Positions 18,819 through 30,352 of a stretch of DNA of 64,000 nucleotides are shown here, one piece after another. Position 1 is the first letter of the stretch. Each line of letters starts with the position of its first letter. The notes beneath the pieces were generated by a model. It searched no databases, was not told the DNA's origin, and worked only from the letters and a program-made list of their open reading frames with translations. The stretch is from an uncultured Poribacteria bacterium (lineage in GTDB: Bacteria; Poribacteria; WGA-4E; WGA-3G), in contig OX638316.1 of assembly GCA_951812525.1 (NCBI GenBank), positions 2,472,506 to 2,536,505 on the forward strand, written 5' to 3'. A program made the translations under genes and the position numbers.

Positions 18819-19607
18819 TTGAAAAAGGGAATATGTATCGGCTCATTACCTGGTGGTTCAACCGAAGCGCGGTTCAAACTCGCGAAAGAGGCTGGGTTTG
18901 ACGGCGTTGAAATCGGCACCCTTGAGGATGATGCCGACCGGATTCAAACAAAGCAGATCGCAACACAATACCAATTGGAAGTATTCAGCGTGATGAATAG
19001 TAAACACTGGGCGTGTCCACTTTCTGATTCTGATGACGCAGTTCGTGCCGAATCACGTGCCGGAATGCTTGATTCAGTGGGGACCGCAACAGCTGTCGGC
19101 GCAGACACTGTCTTACTTGTTCCTGCTGTTGTGAATGAGACGACAAGTTATGAAGCGGCGTATGAACGTTCGCAGGCGGAAATTCGTAAACTGATACCTG
19201 ATGCAGCAGATAAAGGGGTCACAATCGCACTCGAGAACGTTTGGAATAAATTTCTGCTCAGTCCAATGGAATTTTGTCAGTATCTTGATGAATTTGAGAG
19301 TGACACAATAACCGCCTATTTTGATGTCGGCAATATAGTCCTCTACGGGTATCCACAACACTGGATCTGTTCTCTCGGAAATCGTATCTCTAAAGTGCAT
19401 GTCAAAGGTTTCAACGCAGAAGAGCGCAGGTTCACCTATCTAATTGAGGACTGCACGATCGATTGGAACGCTGTCATGACTGCACTTGAGGATATAAGTT
19501 ATGACGACTATATAACGGCGGAACTGCCCGTTGATAAAGACAATCCCGATGGCAGGGTGCATGGCATCAGTGATGATATGGACAGAATTATCGCTGGGAA
19601 TGTCTAA
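18819..19607 (+). CDS. Sugar phosphate isomerase/epimerase (xylose-isomerase-like TIM barrel), probable TTG start
   Basis: The segment AKEAGFDGVEI...ENVW is typical of AP endonuclease 2 / xylose isomerase-like TIM barrel proteins. The first in-frame start codon is TTG at 18819, with an AAGGA ribosome-binding site upstream. The nearby ATG is out of frame. Confidence 0.75.
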   Translation: MKKGICIGSLPGGSTEARFKLAKEAGFDGVEIGTLEDDADRIQTKQIATQYQLEVFSVMNSKHWACPLSDSDDAVRAESRAGMLDSVGTATAVGADTVLLVPAVVNETTSYEAAYERSQAEIRKLIPDAADKGVTIALENVWNKFLLSPMEFCQYLDEFESDTITAYFDVGNIVLYGYPQHWICSLGNRISKVHVKGFNAEERRFTYLIEDCTIDWNAVMTALEDISYDDYITAELPVDKDNPDGRVHGISDDMDRIIAGNV

Positions 19608-19729
19608 CGAAATTAAGTTGGTTAGATACCTTCTACGCAGCGCACATAGTGAAATTGAACACTGGTGCCTTGTCTTAATTGGAGGACATAGAAACGCTAA
19701 CGCGCTTAAAAGGCGCAGCTACGAAATCA

Positions 19730-20521
19730 ATGGAAATCATTATTCAACCTACCTATGCACAGCTTGTAGCGGTTTCGGCGGAGATTATTCGGGACGCACT
19801 CCTAAAAAAGCCGAATCTCGTCTTGGGACTCGCTACTGGTAGCACGCCGATTGGCCTCTATGAAGCCTTAGCGCGAATGCACAAAACAGACGGACTCGAC
19901 TTTTCAAAGGTGACAACTTTTAACCTTGATGAATACGTCGGGATTCCACCGAACCATCCATATAGTTATCACACTTTCATGGAGACGTATTTTTTTAACG
20001 CCGTCAACATTCCTCCAGAGAACTGCCATATTCCGCAGAGCACTGCAGTAGGACATGAGGGATTCTGCGAGAGATACGAGGCAGCAATAGTAAATGCGGG
20101 TGGTATTGACATTCAGGTGCTCGGTGTTGGAAAGGATGGACATATCGGTTTTAACGAACCAAGTTCTTCGCTCGGCTCTCGGACGCGCATCAAGACGCTC
20201 ACGCAGAGCACCTTGGAGGCAAATGCACCGCATTTCGGTGGCACTGTCGAGGCAGTACCCAAAATGGCGATTACAATGGGCGTAGGCACGATTATGGAAG
20301 CAAAACAGTGCCTGCTGCTGGCAAGCGGGGTATCAAAAGCTGAGGCGATTGCACACGCCGTGGAAGGACCTATTACAGCAGAGGTGCCTGCATCGGTATT
20401 ACAGATGCATCCGAGAACAATTGCGGTAATCGACGATGGAGCGGCATCGCAATTGAAGCGCGTGGATTACTACAAACAGGTTTACGCGAATAAACAGAAA
20501 TTGTTGTCTCAGGAACATTAA
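19730..20521 (+). CDS. nagB: Glucosamine-6-phosphate deaminase
   Basis: GLATGSTP, FNLDEY and GKDGHIGFNEP are conserved NagB motifs. The start is set at MEIIIQP by comparison with E. coli NagB. Confidence 0.85.
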   Translation: MEIIIQPTYAQLVAVSAEIIRDALLKKPNLVLGLATGSTPIGLYEALARMHKTDGLDFSKVTTFNLDEYVGIPPNHPYSYHTFMETYFFNAVNIPPENCHIPQSTAVGHEGFCERYEAAIVNAGGIDIQVLGVGKDGHIGFNEPSSSLGSRTRIKTLTQSTLEANAPHFGGTVEAVPKMAITMGVGTIMEAKQCLLLASGVSKAEAIAHAVEGPITAEVPASVLQMHPRTIAVIDDGAASQLKRVDYYKQVYANKQKLLSQEH

Positions 20522-20564
20522 GCCGCGTCTCACACATCTAACACCAAGAAATACATATCTTCTG

Positions 20565-22001
20565 CTACGAATCTTGTTCCTCGGACAAGCCATACTCTTT
20601 TGCTTTGCGCTGGATCGTACGCCGGCTCACCTTGAGTATTTCTGCTGCTTTTGCCTTGTTATTGTCTACGGATTCCAAGGTAGCGCGTAGGGCTTCACGG
20701 TTAATCTCATCAAGCGACATGCCGACTTCTACATTTAAACGTTGATGTCCTTCGATCACATTCACTGGTTCCCAGACATCGGGAACTGCGAGTAAATTTG
20801 AAAACTCTATTCCAGTTGCTTTAAGGATGCGTTCCGGTAGATTAATCTGTTGGATTGTGGATTGGGTTGACATCACAACAAGACCCTCAATGCAGTTTTT
20901 CAATTCACGAACATTTCCGGGCCACTGATATTTCATCAAGGTTCTGATAGCTTCTGGTGAGAGGCTTACCGCAGGTTTGGTGTTTTGTCGACAAAACTCT
21001 TCGAGAAAGTCTTTAACGAGGAGTGGAATATCTTCAATGCGTTCCTGAAGCGTGGGTAGATGAATAGGGACTACGTTAAGCCGGTCGTAGAGGTCGGGGA
21101 GAAACTCACGCCTTTTAGATGATTCCTCCAGATCGTGGTTCGTGGCACATACAATTCGGACATCAACTTGAATCGTTTTATCGCCACCGACGCGCTCAAA
21201 TTCGCGTTCTTCTAGGACGCGCAAGAGGCGTGCTTGATTGGATAAACTCAGTTGCGAGACCTCATCAAGAAACAAAGTCCCTCCATGTGCAAGTTCAAAT
21301 CTTCCTTTGCGCTGATAATATGCCCCGCTAAATGCCCCACGTTCATGGCCAAACAGTTCGGATTCTGCTAGGTTTTCGTTCAGCGTTGCACAATTAAATG
21401 CTATGAGAGGACCGTGCCTCAAACTTCGGTGGTGAATCGCCCGAGCAACTAATTCCTTCCCTGTGCCACGTGCACCGTAAATCATCACTGTCGCTTTTGT
21501 TGGCGCGATTTGGGCAATCATTTCGCGAATTCTGGTGATTTCGGGCGACTTGCCCGTTAGGCGTCGTAAACCTTCATTTTCATCTATTTGTAATTGTAGC
21601 TGCCGATTTTCAAAAGTGAGACGTTGATTCTCGAGCGTTCTGTGCAAGAGTGCCTCCAGATGAACAGGATTAACTGGCTTTGGCAGGAAATAGGTATCTT
21701 TATAGGCAAGCATGGCTTTGATACCTATGTCCGTTTCTAAGATATTTGGTTCTGTAATAAAAATCACACCTACATCTGGATGATGCTTTGCTGCTGCCTC
21801 CAACAACGCCAATCCATCAACCCGTCTTGCTTTCAACTGAGCAATAAGGATATCTACCTTCAGGTGCTCAATCTGATGAAACGCCTGATACATGTTGCCT
21901 GTGACAACGAGACGTAAACCTTTGCCTGCTAATGTTTCACAGACAAGTTCCCGTTCTGCTCGGTCGGCATTTACAATAAGTACGATTTTCTGAGCGTCCA
22001 T
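20565..22001 (-). CDS. Sigma-54-dependent transcriptional activator (NtrC family): atypical receiver domain, AAA+ sigma-54 interaction domain, Fis-type HTH
   Basis: GARGTGKELVARAIH (Walker A), ESELFGHERGAFSGA (GAFTGA-like loop) and a C-terminal HTH. By eye, the N-terminal REC-like domain lacks the usual DD pair and the phospho-acceptor Asp (DILIAQLKARRVDG where the expected pattern is D-x-x-x-L-D). Confidence 0.9.
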   Translation of the reverse strand: MDAQKIVLIVNADRAERELVCETLAGKGLRLVVTGNMYQAFHQIEHLKVDILIAQLKARRVDGLALLEAAAKHHPDVGVIFITEPNILETDIGIKAMLAYKDTYFLPKPVNPVHLEALLHRTLENQRLTFENRQLQLQIDENEGLRRLTGKSPEITRIREMIAQIAPTKATVMIYGARGTGKELVARAIHHRSLRHGPLIAFNCATLNENLAESELFGHERGAFSGAYYQRKGRFELAHGGTLFLDEVSQLSLSNQARLLRVLEEREFERVGGDKTIQVDVRIVCATNHDLEESSKRREFLPDLYDRLNVVPIHLPTLQERIEDIPLLVKDFLEEFCRQNTKPAVSLSPEAIRTLMKYQWPGNVRELKNCIEGLVVMSTQSTIQQINLPERILKATGIEFSNLLAVPDVWEPVNVIEGHQRLNVEVGMSLDEINREALRATLESVDNNKAKAAEILKVSRRTIQRKAKEYGLSEEQDS

Positions 22002-22303
22002 AGTGCGAGCACCTTCTATGATTTCCTGATTACAAATTAGGGTTCTTCATACATAGAACCCTTTTCTTTGACGGTTTTGATGGCGGAGAACACATCACGA
22101 GAGTCGTTCCTTTTAGTGTTTAGTGTCCTATCAAAAAGAGGGACTTCTTTTTACCGACGATCCGAAACTGATAACTGAAAATCGAAAGATAATATCCCTA
22201 ATTAATTTGAAAAAAAGTATTGTTTAAAGTTGAGGATTTTGGTAAACTATAAGATTATAACGTGCACAATCAAGAATCTTATTCACAATTTTCGGAGGAA
22301 TGA

Positions 22304-22960
22304 ATGGATAGAAGGCTCAGTTCGCTGTATAGGCTCGGTGGGCTCACTGGCATCTTGAGTGGCTTCCTCATGCTCGCGTCAAGTGTCTGGTTTATTATTG
22401 ATTTATCATCTGTTTTGTCGCTCCCGTCAGAGGAACAGTTTAAACTTATGGGGAGAATTGGAATTTTTCACGGTATAGGTGTTGTCACGCTTATTTTGCT
22501 TATCCCTACCCTATTAGCAAGTTATGGTTTGCTTTCTTCGGAGGCGGGTACACGAAGCATCTTGGGAGCAACTTTTGCCATATCGTGGCTTATCATAGAG
22601 TTAATAGCCCACTGTTCACAAACTGCGCCGCTGCGTGCCCTATCCGAATTGGCAAGTAAGTCTGCCACTGTTTCAATTGGAACATCGTTCTATACGCTCT
22701 GGGCGGAATGGGGAGAAGCCCTCTTTATGACCGGTGCTTTCCTGTGTATACTATTAGCAATCTGCTATGGTTCGGCACTCGGTTCATGGGGAAATCCGGT
22801 TGCTTCGTATCTGTTCTTTATTTGCGCAATTGCTTTTCCAATCGGGGTCATCCTGTTTGACTTCGGTATACAATTGCATGTTCTCACCCGTGGCATTGCG
22901 TTTTTGTTTCTTGGCGGCATTCTTATGCAGGCACCCACAGACGGAGAAGAACTGCAGTAG
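22304..22960 (+). CDS. Hypothetical polytopic membrane protein (about 6 TM segments)
   Basis: Hydrophobic segments throughout. Divergently oriented from the sigma-54 activator. No recognisable family. Confidence 0.5.
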   Translation: MDRRLSSLYRLGGLTGILSGFLMLASSVWFIIDLSSVLSLPSEEQFKLMGRIGIFHGIGVVTLILLIPTLLASYGLLSSEAGTRSILGATFAISWLIIELIAHCSQTAPLRALSELASKSATVSIGTSFYTLWAEWGEALFMTGAFLCILLAICYGSALGSWGNPVASYLFFICAIAFPIGVILFDFGIQLHVLTRGIAFLFLGGILMQAPTDGEELQ

Positions 22961-23026
22961 CATTGGCTTATCTCTTCACTGTCCTCTGCTTCTTAGCCGA
23001 GAAGTTTAACAGGGGTGAAGATTATG

Positions 23027-23800
23027 CTACGCTTCGTCTTCATTTAGTAGTCTTTCTAATTCTGCCAAGATGTCCTCTTCATCGCTTTCTGCTTCGGCAT
23101 CCTCTGCCTCATCAAGTGCTTCCAAATCAGAGCGGAACTCTATGAGGTTGCTGAGGTAGCGTTCGCGTGTGATATTTTCTGCTTCGCCGTGCTCCTCGCG
23201 CAAACATTCACCACAAAACTCACCGATCTGTCGAATACCCGTATCTATGTGTTGTAAAGCTGCCGCCGCGTCGTCATCTTGTAAACTCAATTCTGCATTG
23301 GCGATGCTGTGCATCATGAGCATGTATCCTTTATATTGGTAGCTTTGCCAAGCGATGTCCGATGGAGCGCATTGGCGTGCTAAGTTAGTTACAGCAATAT
23401 TAGCAGCAGTATCACGCTGAACGTCTTTCCACCGTTTGATACCTGCGAACAGGAGATAGCGGGTATAACGATGAAAGGATTCCTCAAAGAGAGTTTCCCA
23501 TTCCTCTGCTTCCAATTGGAACTCTTCACGAGTTCCGTGTTGTTCTTCGTGTTCCCGCAATTTCGCGAAAAAGTAATCGTAATAGGAATCCACACCGTGT
23601 GGACGCATACCATCAGGACGACCGGTCGCATAAATCCTTGAGATAGTAAACGCGTTCGGTTGCACGACGATAACCTCCCTGCCATCTTCAATTTTTAGGA
23701 CACTCACCGGACGCTCTGCATCAAGATTCAGCATTTCGAGAATCCGATCAAAGGTCTGAACCCACCGGGTGTTTCTTTGTATAGAGTCGTTGTTTTCCAT
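23027..23800 (-). CDS. Hypothetical protein with a strongly acidic C-terminal tail (family not recognised)
   Basis: The 257-aa ORF has no match that I can recognise. It lies 93 bp downstream of carB on the same strand. The C-terminus is ...EAEDAEAESDEEDILAELERLLNEDEA. Confidence 0.45.
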   Translation of the reverse strand: MENNDSIQRNTRWVQTFDRILEMLNLDAERPVSVLKIEDGREVIVVQPNAFTISRIYATGRPDGMRPHGVDSYYDYFFAKLREHEEQHGTREEFQLEAEEWETLFEESFHRYTRYLLFAGIKRWKDVQRDTAANIAVTNLARQCAPSDIAWQSYQYKGYMLMMHSIANAELSLQDDDAAAALQHIDTGIRQIGEFCGECLREEHGEAENITRERYLSNLIEFRSDLEALDEAEDAEAESDEEDILAELERLLNEDEA

Positions 23801-23893
23801 TTGTCCATCCTTTTTGAATTTTTAACTATGATCGTTTTCGCACGACTTTCTTCCGTTGTCAGAGAATGGGTTTTCGATAACCATAGTTAGAAA

Positions 23894-26800
23894 CTACTGG
23901 AGCATCTGAAAATAATCTTGAAGTGGCGTGACGGTAATATCTCCACGTTGCAAGGCGTCGATAGCATGAACCGCTGCAGCCGCGCCAGGAATAGTTGAGA
24001 AAATCGGAATATCGTGTGTTATTGCCATCTCGCGAATTAAAAGTTCATTCGTGCGGTGCAAGTCCCCAGTCGGCGTATTAATAATCAAATCAACGGCGTG
24101 ATTTTTGATATAGTCATGGATAGTCGGTCTGCCTTTCCCAATACTGAAGACAAGTTCTGACTTCATTCCGTTGCGGAGTAGGACCTTCGCCGTGCCGTGC
24201 GTAGCGATGAGTTCAAAGCCCATATCTGTGAGTTTCTTGGCAATGAAAATGATTGCCCGTTTGTCTTTGTTCCGAACGCTAATGAAAACGCTGCCACCTT
24301 GTGGTAGAGTATAGCCACAAGCCTTTTGTGCTTTTGCAAAGGCGCGGGGAAAGTCTGTATCAATCCCCATTACCTCTCCAGTGGATTTCATTTCAGGTCC
24401 GAGTCGCGTATTTGAACCCGGAAAACGGTTAAACGGAAAAACCGGTGCCTTGACACTGAAATACGCAGGTTCAATCTCACGTGTAAATCCAAGTTCAGCG
24501 AGTGTTTTACCAGCCATTACGCGTGCGGCAAGTTTTGCCAGCGGCACACCAATCGCTTTGCTGACAAACGGGATTGTTCGAGACGCACGTGGGTTTACCT
24601 CAAGCACATAAATCTCATCGTTCTTGATTGCGTACTGAACATTCATCAAGCCGCGCACACGTAGTGCTTTCGCCAAAGCGTAGGTGAAGATTTTTAAATT
24701 TTCGATCTGTTCATCTACGAGCGTGTACGGTGGCAGCACGCAGTCGCTATCTCCTGAATGAATGCCTGCCTCCTCAATGTGCTCCATGATACCGCCGATA
24801 ACAGTACGGTTGCCATCGGATATCGCATCAACGTCGACTTCAATTGCCTCTTCAAGGTATTTGTCGATGAGTACAGGGTGTTCCGGCGAGGCTTGAACGG
24901 CAGAATGCATGTAGTCGTGCAGGAGTTCTTCGTCGTAAACGATTTGCATCGCGCGACCACCTAAAACATAAGACGGACGAACAATAACAGGGTAACCGAG
25001 TGCCGCAGCGATGGGGGCAGCTTCCTCGCTTGATGTCGCCGTTCCGTTAGGTGCTTGCATCAATCCGATTTCATCTAACACCGCTTTAAAGAGTTTCCGA
25101 TCTTCGGAGCGAGCGATGTCTTCAGGACTGGTGCCGATGATGGGGACACCCGCATCTTTAAGTGCTATAGCAAGGTTTAGTGGTGTCTGTCCACCAAATT
25201 GGACAATAACACCGGACGGTTTCTCCTTGTGATAAATATTCAGCACGTCCTCACATGTCAACGGTTCAAAGTAGAGCCGATCGGAGGTATCATAATCAGT
25301 GCTAACGGTTTCCGGATTACTGTTCACCATGATGGTTTCGTAGCCATCGTTTTTGAGTGCGAGAGCAGCATGCACGCAGCAGTAATCGAATTCGATTCCC
25401 TGCCCGATGCGGTTCGGACCGCCACCGAGAATCATGATTTTCGACTTATTAGACGGACGCACCTCATCTTCACTGGAGCAGGTAGAATAATAGTACGGTG
25501 TTTCTGCCTCAAACTCAGCAGCACAAGTGTCAACAGTTTTGAAAGTCGCTTCGATACCGAGACTTTCTCGACCCTCGCGAACAACTGCTTCCGATACGTC
25601 GTAGATGTCCCCTAACTGCCGGTCGGAAAATCCGAATCGTTTTGCTTGTTGCAACAGACTCTTTGTGAGTATTTTATCTGTCTCACCGTTTTGTGATATT
25701 GGGTCTTGCAAGTGCTGACTTACATGTTGTCGTGCATCAGGTTCGGACAAAGTGTCTTCAAAATCGACGATTTCCTTCAAATTGTAGAGGAAAAATGGGT
25801 CAATATGCGTATAAGCATGAATTTCTTCAATGCTCATTCCACGGGCAAGTGCGGCTTTGATGTAAAAGATCCGTTTGACGTTCGGAATGCTCAGTTTACT
25901 CGGAAGTTCAGACAGCGGAAGTTCATCAAGTGGGTGGTTGTCCAATCCAAACCAGCCGGTTTCCAGCGACCGTAACCCTTTCTGTAGTGCCTCTTTAAAA
26001 GTCCTACCGATCGCCATTGCCTCACCGACCGATTTCATCTGTGTTGTGAGGGTCTCATCGGTGCCTTGGAATTTTTCAAATGCCCAGCGCGGAATTTTGA
26101 CGACGACGTAATCAATTGTCGGTTCGAAGCAGGCAGGTGTTTCAGCCGTTATGTCGTTCGGAATTTCGTCTAAATTGTAACCAACAGCCAATTTTGCAGC
26201 GATTTTAGCGATAGGAAATCCAGTGGCTTTTGAGGCAAGTGCCGAGCTACGGGAGACACGAGGATTCATTTCAATGATGACCTGTTTACCCGTCTTTGGG
26301 TCAACAGCAAATTGGATATTCGAGCCGCCAGTGTCAACGCCAATTTCACGGATAATTTTAATCGCCGAGTTCCGCATTAATTGATATTCTTTGTCTGTCA
26401 GCGTCTGGATAGGTGCGACGGTAATGCTATCGCCGGTATGGACTCCCATAGGATCGACGTTTTCAATGGAACATATTATAACCACATTGTCCGCGCCATC
26501 TCGCATGACCTCTAGCTCGAATTCTTTCCAGCCGATGACAGATTCTTCAATAAGCAATTCGCTGATTGGACTTAGGGCGAGACCTGCCACGACCATTTTT
26601 TCGTACTCTTCGATATTGTAAGCAATTCCACCTCCCGTGCCACCGAGCGTAAATGCGGGTCGAATGATTGCGGGAAAGCCAATCTCTTGAACAAGATCGA
26701 GTGCCTCTTGCGCAGAATGCGCAATACCACTCTGAGGAACTTCCAATCCAATTTTCACCATCGCCTCTTTGAAGAGGGCGCGGTCCTCCGCTTTTTGGAT

Positions 26801-27166
26801 GGCTGGCAATTTGGCACCAATGAGTTCAACCCCGTACTTATCTAATACGCCGGATTCCGCGAGTTCCACAGACACGTTCAGGGCGGTTTGCCCACCGAGC
26901 GTCGGTAGCAATGCCTGCGGACGCTCTTTATCAATGACGAGTTCCACCGTATCCGCTGTAATCGGCTCAATGTATGTCTGATCAGCGAAATCCGGATCCG
27001 TCATGATAGTGGCAGGATTGCTATTGACAAGGGTAATTTCATACCCTTCCTCTTTGAGTGCCTTACATGCCTGTGTACCAGAGTAGTCAAACTCGCACGC
27101 TTGGCCAATGATGATCGCACCGGATCCGATAATTAAGATTTTATCTATATCTGTTCGCTTTGGCAT
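23894..27166 (-). CDS. carB: Carbamoyl-phosphate synthase large subunit
   Basis: 1090 aa with duplicated ATP-grasp halves, an oligomerisation domain and a C-terminal MGS-like domain. N-terminus [30 protein letters not shown]. Confidence 0.97.
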   Translation of the reverse strand: MPKRTDIDKILIIGSGAIIIGQACEFDYSGTQACKALKEEGYEITLVNSNPATIMTDPDFADQTYIEPITADTVELVIDKERPQALLPTLGGQTALNVSVELAESGVLDKYGVELIGAKLPAIQKAEDRALFKEAMVKIGLEVPQSGIAHSAQEALDLVQEIGFPAIIRPAFTLGGTGGGIAYNIEEYEKMVVAGLALSPISELLIEESVIGWKEFELEVMRDGADNVVIICSIENVDPMGVHTGDSITVAPIQTLTDKEYQLMRNSAIKIIREIGVDTGGSNIQFAVDPKTGKQVIIEMNPRVSRSSALASKATGFPIAKIAAKLAVGYNLDEIPNDITAETPACFEPTIDYVVVKIPRWAFEKFQGTDETLTTQMKSVGEAMAIGRTFKEALQKGLRSLETGWFGLDNHPLDELPLSELPSKLSIPNVKRIFYIKAALARGMSIEEIHAYTHIDPFFLYNLKEIVDFEDTLSEPDARQHVSQHLQDPISQNGETDKILTKSLLQQAKRFGFSDRQLGDIYDVSEAVVREGRESLGIEATFKTVDTCAAEFEAETPYYYSTCSSEDEVRPSNKSKIMILGGGPNRIGQGIEFDYCCVHAALALKNDGYETIMVNSNPETVSTDYDTSDRLYFEPLTCEDVLNIYHKEKPSGVIVQFGGQTPLNLAIALKDAGVPIIGTSPEDIARSEDRKLFKAVLDEIGLMQAPNGTATSSEEAAPIAAALGYPVIVRPSYVLGGRAMQIVYDEELLHDYMHSAVQASPEHPVLIDKYLEEAIEVDVDAISDGNRTVIGGIMEHIEEAGIHSGDSDCVLPPYTLVDEQIENLKIFTYALAKALRVRGLMNVQYAIKNDEIYVLEVNPRASRTIPFVSKAIGVPLAKLAARVMAGKTLAELGFTREIEPAYFSVKAPVFPFNRFPGSNTRLGPEMKSTGEVMGIDTDFPRAFAKAQKACGYTLPQGGSVFISVRNKDKRAIIFIAKKLTDMGFELIATHGTAKVLLRNGMKSELVFSIGKGRPTIHDYIKNHAVDLIINTPTGDLHRTNELLIREMAITHDIPIFSTIPGAAAAVHAIDALQRGDITVTPLQDYFQMLQ

Positions 27167-27234
27167 AATTGATTTTTTGTTATCGTTTATCGGTTTCAGT
27201 TAAGGAATTTTTGTTTATAAGACATTTCTTGTCA

Positions 27235-28335
27235 CTATCGACCATTCTCTCCGTCCATCATTTCCGTAAAGCGCGAAAAGAGATAACTCGCATCGTGCGG
27301 ACCCGGAGATGCCTCCGGATGATACTGCACAGAAAAAATGGGATACTCCCGATGCTGTATCCCTTCAAGTGTGTCGTCATTTAAATTAATGTGCGTAATG
27401 TCAACGCTGTTCGGTAGTGAATCAATATCAACACAGAATCCGTGATTTTGTGAGGTAATCTCAACCCGGTCGGTTTCAAAGTGTTTGACAGGTTGGTTTG
27501 CACCCCGATGACCAAACTTCAGTTTGAACGTTTTCCCGCCCAAGGCAAGCCCCAAAAGTTGGTGCCCCAGACAGATACCAAACAGAGGTTTATTGCCCAT
27601 TAATCCTTGTATCGTCTCAATCGCATAACCGACTGGCATTGGATCTCCTGGACCGTTTGATAGAAACACACCATCCGGTTCCGCAGCGAGAATCTCTTCA
27701 GCGGTTGTTTTCGCTGGCACAACTTGAACTTCACATCCGTGTTTAGTGAGTTGACGCAAGATGTTATATTTAATACCGAAATCGAGGGCGACGACGCGAT
27801 ATTTAGAATGAATATCATTATTTTCTTCGTGCTGCCACGCGTATGGGTTCGGACATGTCACGCGTTGCACCAAATCCCAACCAACCAAACCGTGCCACGC
27901 CTTGGCTTTCGCGACGAGAGACTCAGGATTCAGATCCTCCGTGGAGAGACATCCATTCATAACACCGTGTACTCGGAGCCGTCGGGTGAGTGCGCGGGTA
28001 TCAATCCCTTGAATACCAATGACACTGTGCTCTGCAAGGTAGGCATCTAAACTCCATTTTGAACGCCAATTGCTATAGTACGCGCTGTATTCACGAACTA
28101 CGAATCCCTCCACTTGTGGGCCGATGGATTCAATGTCTGCTTCGTTGCAGCCATAATTGCCGATCAACGGATAGGTCATCGTGATGATTTGTCCTTTGTA
28201 GGACGGGTCGGTTAAAACTTCCTGATAACCCGTCATACTGGTATTAAAGACGACTTCACCGACCGTTTCACCTGTTGCGCCAAACTGCTCGCCCTCAAAA
28301 ACTGTTCCGTCGCTTAATGCTAGGATTGCTTTCAT
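27235..28335 (-). CDS. carA: Carbamoyl-phosphate synthase small subunit (glutamine amidotransferase)
   Basis: The start is set at MKAILAL (ATG at 28335..28333), which overlaps the pyrC stop as ATGA. The GATase triad region contains GICLGHQLL. Confidence 0.95.
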   Translation of the reverse strand: MKAILALSDGTVFEGEQFGATGETVGEVVFNTSMTGYQEVLTDPSYKGQIITMTYPLIGNYGCNEADIESIGPQVEGFVVREYSAYYSNWRSKWSLDAYLAEHSVIGIQGIDTRALTRRLRVHGVMNGCLSTEDLNPESLVAKAKAWHGLVGWDLVQRVTCPNPYAWQHEENNDIHSKYRVVALDFGIKYNILRQLTKHGCEVQVVPAKTTAEEILAAEPDGVFLSNGPGDPMPVGYAIETIQGLMGNKPLFGICLGHQLLGLALGGKTFKLKFGHRGANQPVKHFETDRVEITSQNHGFCVDIDSLPNSVDITHINLNDDTLEGIQHREYPIFSVQYHPEASPGPHDASYLFSRFTEMMDGENGR

Positions 28336-29609
28336 ATTTTCTTTCCCTCCCGAAGTGTAATCGTCTGCCAGCCTTTTAGTTCCCATCCTGCGAAAGGGGT
28401 GTTTTGACTTTTTGAACGAGATTTTGTTACATCAACTCGATTAACAGAGTCAATATCAATGACAGTGACATCTCCAACTGCCCCAACGGACAGTGTGCCG
28501 CGATTGATGCCAAGTATATCTGCTGGAATTGAAGTCATTTTCGCAATCGCTTCCGCCAACGTGAGATGTCCGGGCTGAACAAGGTATGTAAACACAAGTG
28601 GTAGACACGTCTCCGAGCCGATAATTCCGTTAGGAGCGTCGAGCATACCTTCTGCTTTTTCAAAAGGCGCGTGCGGCGCGTGATCGGTCGCTATTGCGTC
28701 AATCGTCCCGTCACACAAACCCTCGATGACGGCATCAATATCGGTCTGTGTGCGTAAGGGTGGATGCATCCTTGCATTCGTTCCTTGCTTCTCTACTTCT
28801 GTATCGGTGAGGATCCAGTGGTGTGGACATACCTCAGCAGTCACGTGAATACCTCGTTTTTTTCCTTGGCGTATCAACTCCACGGCACCCGCTGTACTGA
28901 CATGGAGCACGTGGAGATGTCCACCTGTCATTTCCGCTAACATAATATCGCGTGCCACGATGATGTCTTCTGCCGCATTTGGGCTACCAATGAGACCTAA
29001 TTTTCGAGAAGTCTCTCCCAAATTCATGACAGCACCCGCATTGAGATTATGCTCTTCGCAATGAACCATGATTGGAAAATTAAGTTCTGCGCTCAATGAG
29101 AGGGCATCGCGCATAAGAGCAGCATTCATGACGGTAACACCATCATCACTGAAGCCGACCGCACCGGCGGCACGCATCCCACGCATATCTGTAAGTTCAT
29201 TACCAGCAAGACCCTTAGTGATACTGCCGAAAGGGAATACATTCGTCTGTGCAGTCTCGCGAGCAATGTCGTAAATCTGCTCAATCTTTTCAGGTGTGTC
29301 TATCACAGGTGACGTGTTTGCCATACAGGCAACCGATGTGAATCCACCTGCTGCTGCCGCCGCCGTACCAGTAGCAATCGTCTCTTTATGTTCAAACCCG
29401 GGTTCACGGAGATGGACATGCATATCAATCAAGCCCGGCGTAACAATCAAACCTGTTGCCTCATATACATCGACAGTGTGAGACTCTGGGAACTTTTCCT
29501 TACCACCGACTCGAGCAATTCTGCCATCAGCAATAAAGAGATCACCGACTTCATCAATGTTATTGGCTGGATCGATGATATGTCCGCCAACGATAAACGG
29601 GTCGTTCAT
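28332..29609 (-). CDS. pyrC: Dihydroorotase
   Basis: [10 protein letters not shown] metal-binding motif and a cyclic amidohydrolase fold. It overlaps pyrR by 4 bp (ATGA). Confidence 0.9.
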   Translation of the reverse strand: MNDPFIVGGHIIDPANNIDEVGDLFIADGRIARVGGKEKFPESHTVDVYEATGLIVTPGLIDMHVHLREPGFEHKETIATGTAAAAAGGFTSVACMANTSPVIDTPEKIEQIYDIARETAQTNVFPFGSITKGLAGNELTDMRGMRAAGAVGFSDDGVTVMNAALMRDALSLSAELNFPIMVHCEEHNLNAGAVMNLGETSRKLGLIGSPNAAEDIIVARDIMLAEMTGGHLHVLHVSTAGAVELIRQGKKRGIHVTAEVCPHHWILTDTEVEKQGTNARMHPPLRTQTDIDAVIEGLCDGTIDAIATDHAPHAPFEKAEGMLDAPNGIIGSETCLPLVFTYLVQPGHLTLAEAIAKMTSIPADILGINRGTLSVGAVGDVTVIDIDSVNRVDVTKSRSKSQNTPFAGWELKGWQTITLREGKKI

Positions 29610-30160
29610 TCATCCTCTCTTTCATAAATCGTCGCTGAGTCTATTCCACCTTCTTCGGCAAGCTGCACCCGAACAAATTCTCTGTGGGAGGTAGGTACGT
29701 TTTTGCCCACGTAATCAGCCGCGATTGGCAATTCGCGATGTCCTCTGTCGATCAGCGTGGCTAATTGAATTGCTGCAGGTCTGCCGAAGTCCATCAGCGC
29801 ATCCATCGCAGCACGAACTGTGCGTCCTGTATAGAGAACTTCGTCTACTAAGATGACCCATTTACCGGTAATATTAAAGGGAAGTTCGGTGCTGTTAACT
29901 TGGATCTGAGTTTCGTGGAGATTGATATCGTCGCGATAGAGTGTGACATCAATGGCACCGACATCGACTTCACTGTTTTCGATCCGTTCGAGATTTTCGG
30001 CAATACGATGGGCGATAAAGTCGCCTCGACTTTTAACACCAACGAGCACGAGATCTCCGATGTGCTTATGATTCTGCTCTAAAATTTCATGAGCGATTCT
30101 CTGCAGGGAGCGACGAATTTCTTCAGCGTTCATGACTTGTGCTTTTTCGCGCATTTCCAT
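29606..30160 (-). CDS. pyrR: Bifunctional pyrimidine operon regulator / uracil phosphoribosyltransferase PyrR
   Basis: The PRPP-binding motif VILVDEVLYTGRTVRAAMDAL and the N-terminal EEIRRSLQRIAHEI match PyrR. Confidence 0.9.
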   Translation of the reverse strand: MEMREKAQVMNAEEIRRSLQRIAHEILEQNHKHIGDLVLVGVKSRGDFIAHRIAENLERIENSEVDVGAIDVTLYRDDINLHETQIQVNSTELPFNITGKWVILVDEVLYTGRTVRAAMDALMDFGRPAAIQLATLIDRGHRELPIAADYVGKNVPTSHREFVRVQLAEEGGIDSATIYEREDE

Positions 30161-30192
30161 TTCTTTATCCTGTGCAGTTTATGAGATTTTAT

Positions 30193-30321
30193 TAAAAAAC
30201 AAAAGCCCTTCCCGTTTGATGTAACGAGAAAGGCACCATCCAATCGATTCCGATTTACAATTTCTGTTCAAATTCCGCTCTTGCATCCTTTTTTCAACCT
30301 CGCTGGATTGGATTAAAAAGG
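30193..30321 (-). promoter_or_regulatory. PyrR-dependent transcription attenuator in the pyr leader: PyrR-binding stem-loop plus intrinsic terminator
   Basis: On the minus strand, the binding stem-loop is CCUUUUU-[AAUCCAAUCCAGCGAGGUUGA]-AAAAAGG (plus-strand coordinates 30287..30321). It contains AAUCCAGCGAGGUU, which matches the PyrR box ARUCCNGNGAGGYU. About 40 nt downstream is a terminator, CCUUUCUCG-uuacaucaaa-CGGGAAGGG followed by CUUUUGUUUUUU (30193..30233). Confidence 0.65.
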
Positions 30322-30352
30322 TTTTTTGACATCAACACTCTACTGCTTAGAT

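Noticed and set aside
28332-30160. pyrB pseudogene or remnant between pyrR and pyrC
   Set aside because: pyrR and pyrC overlap by 4 bp, so there is no space for a remnant. pyrB is simply not at this locus.
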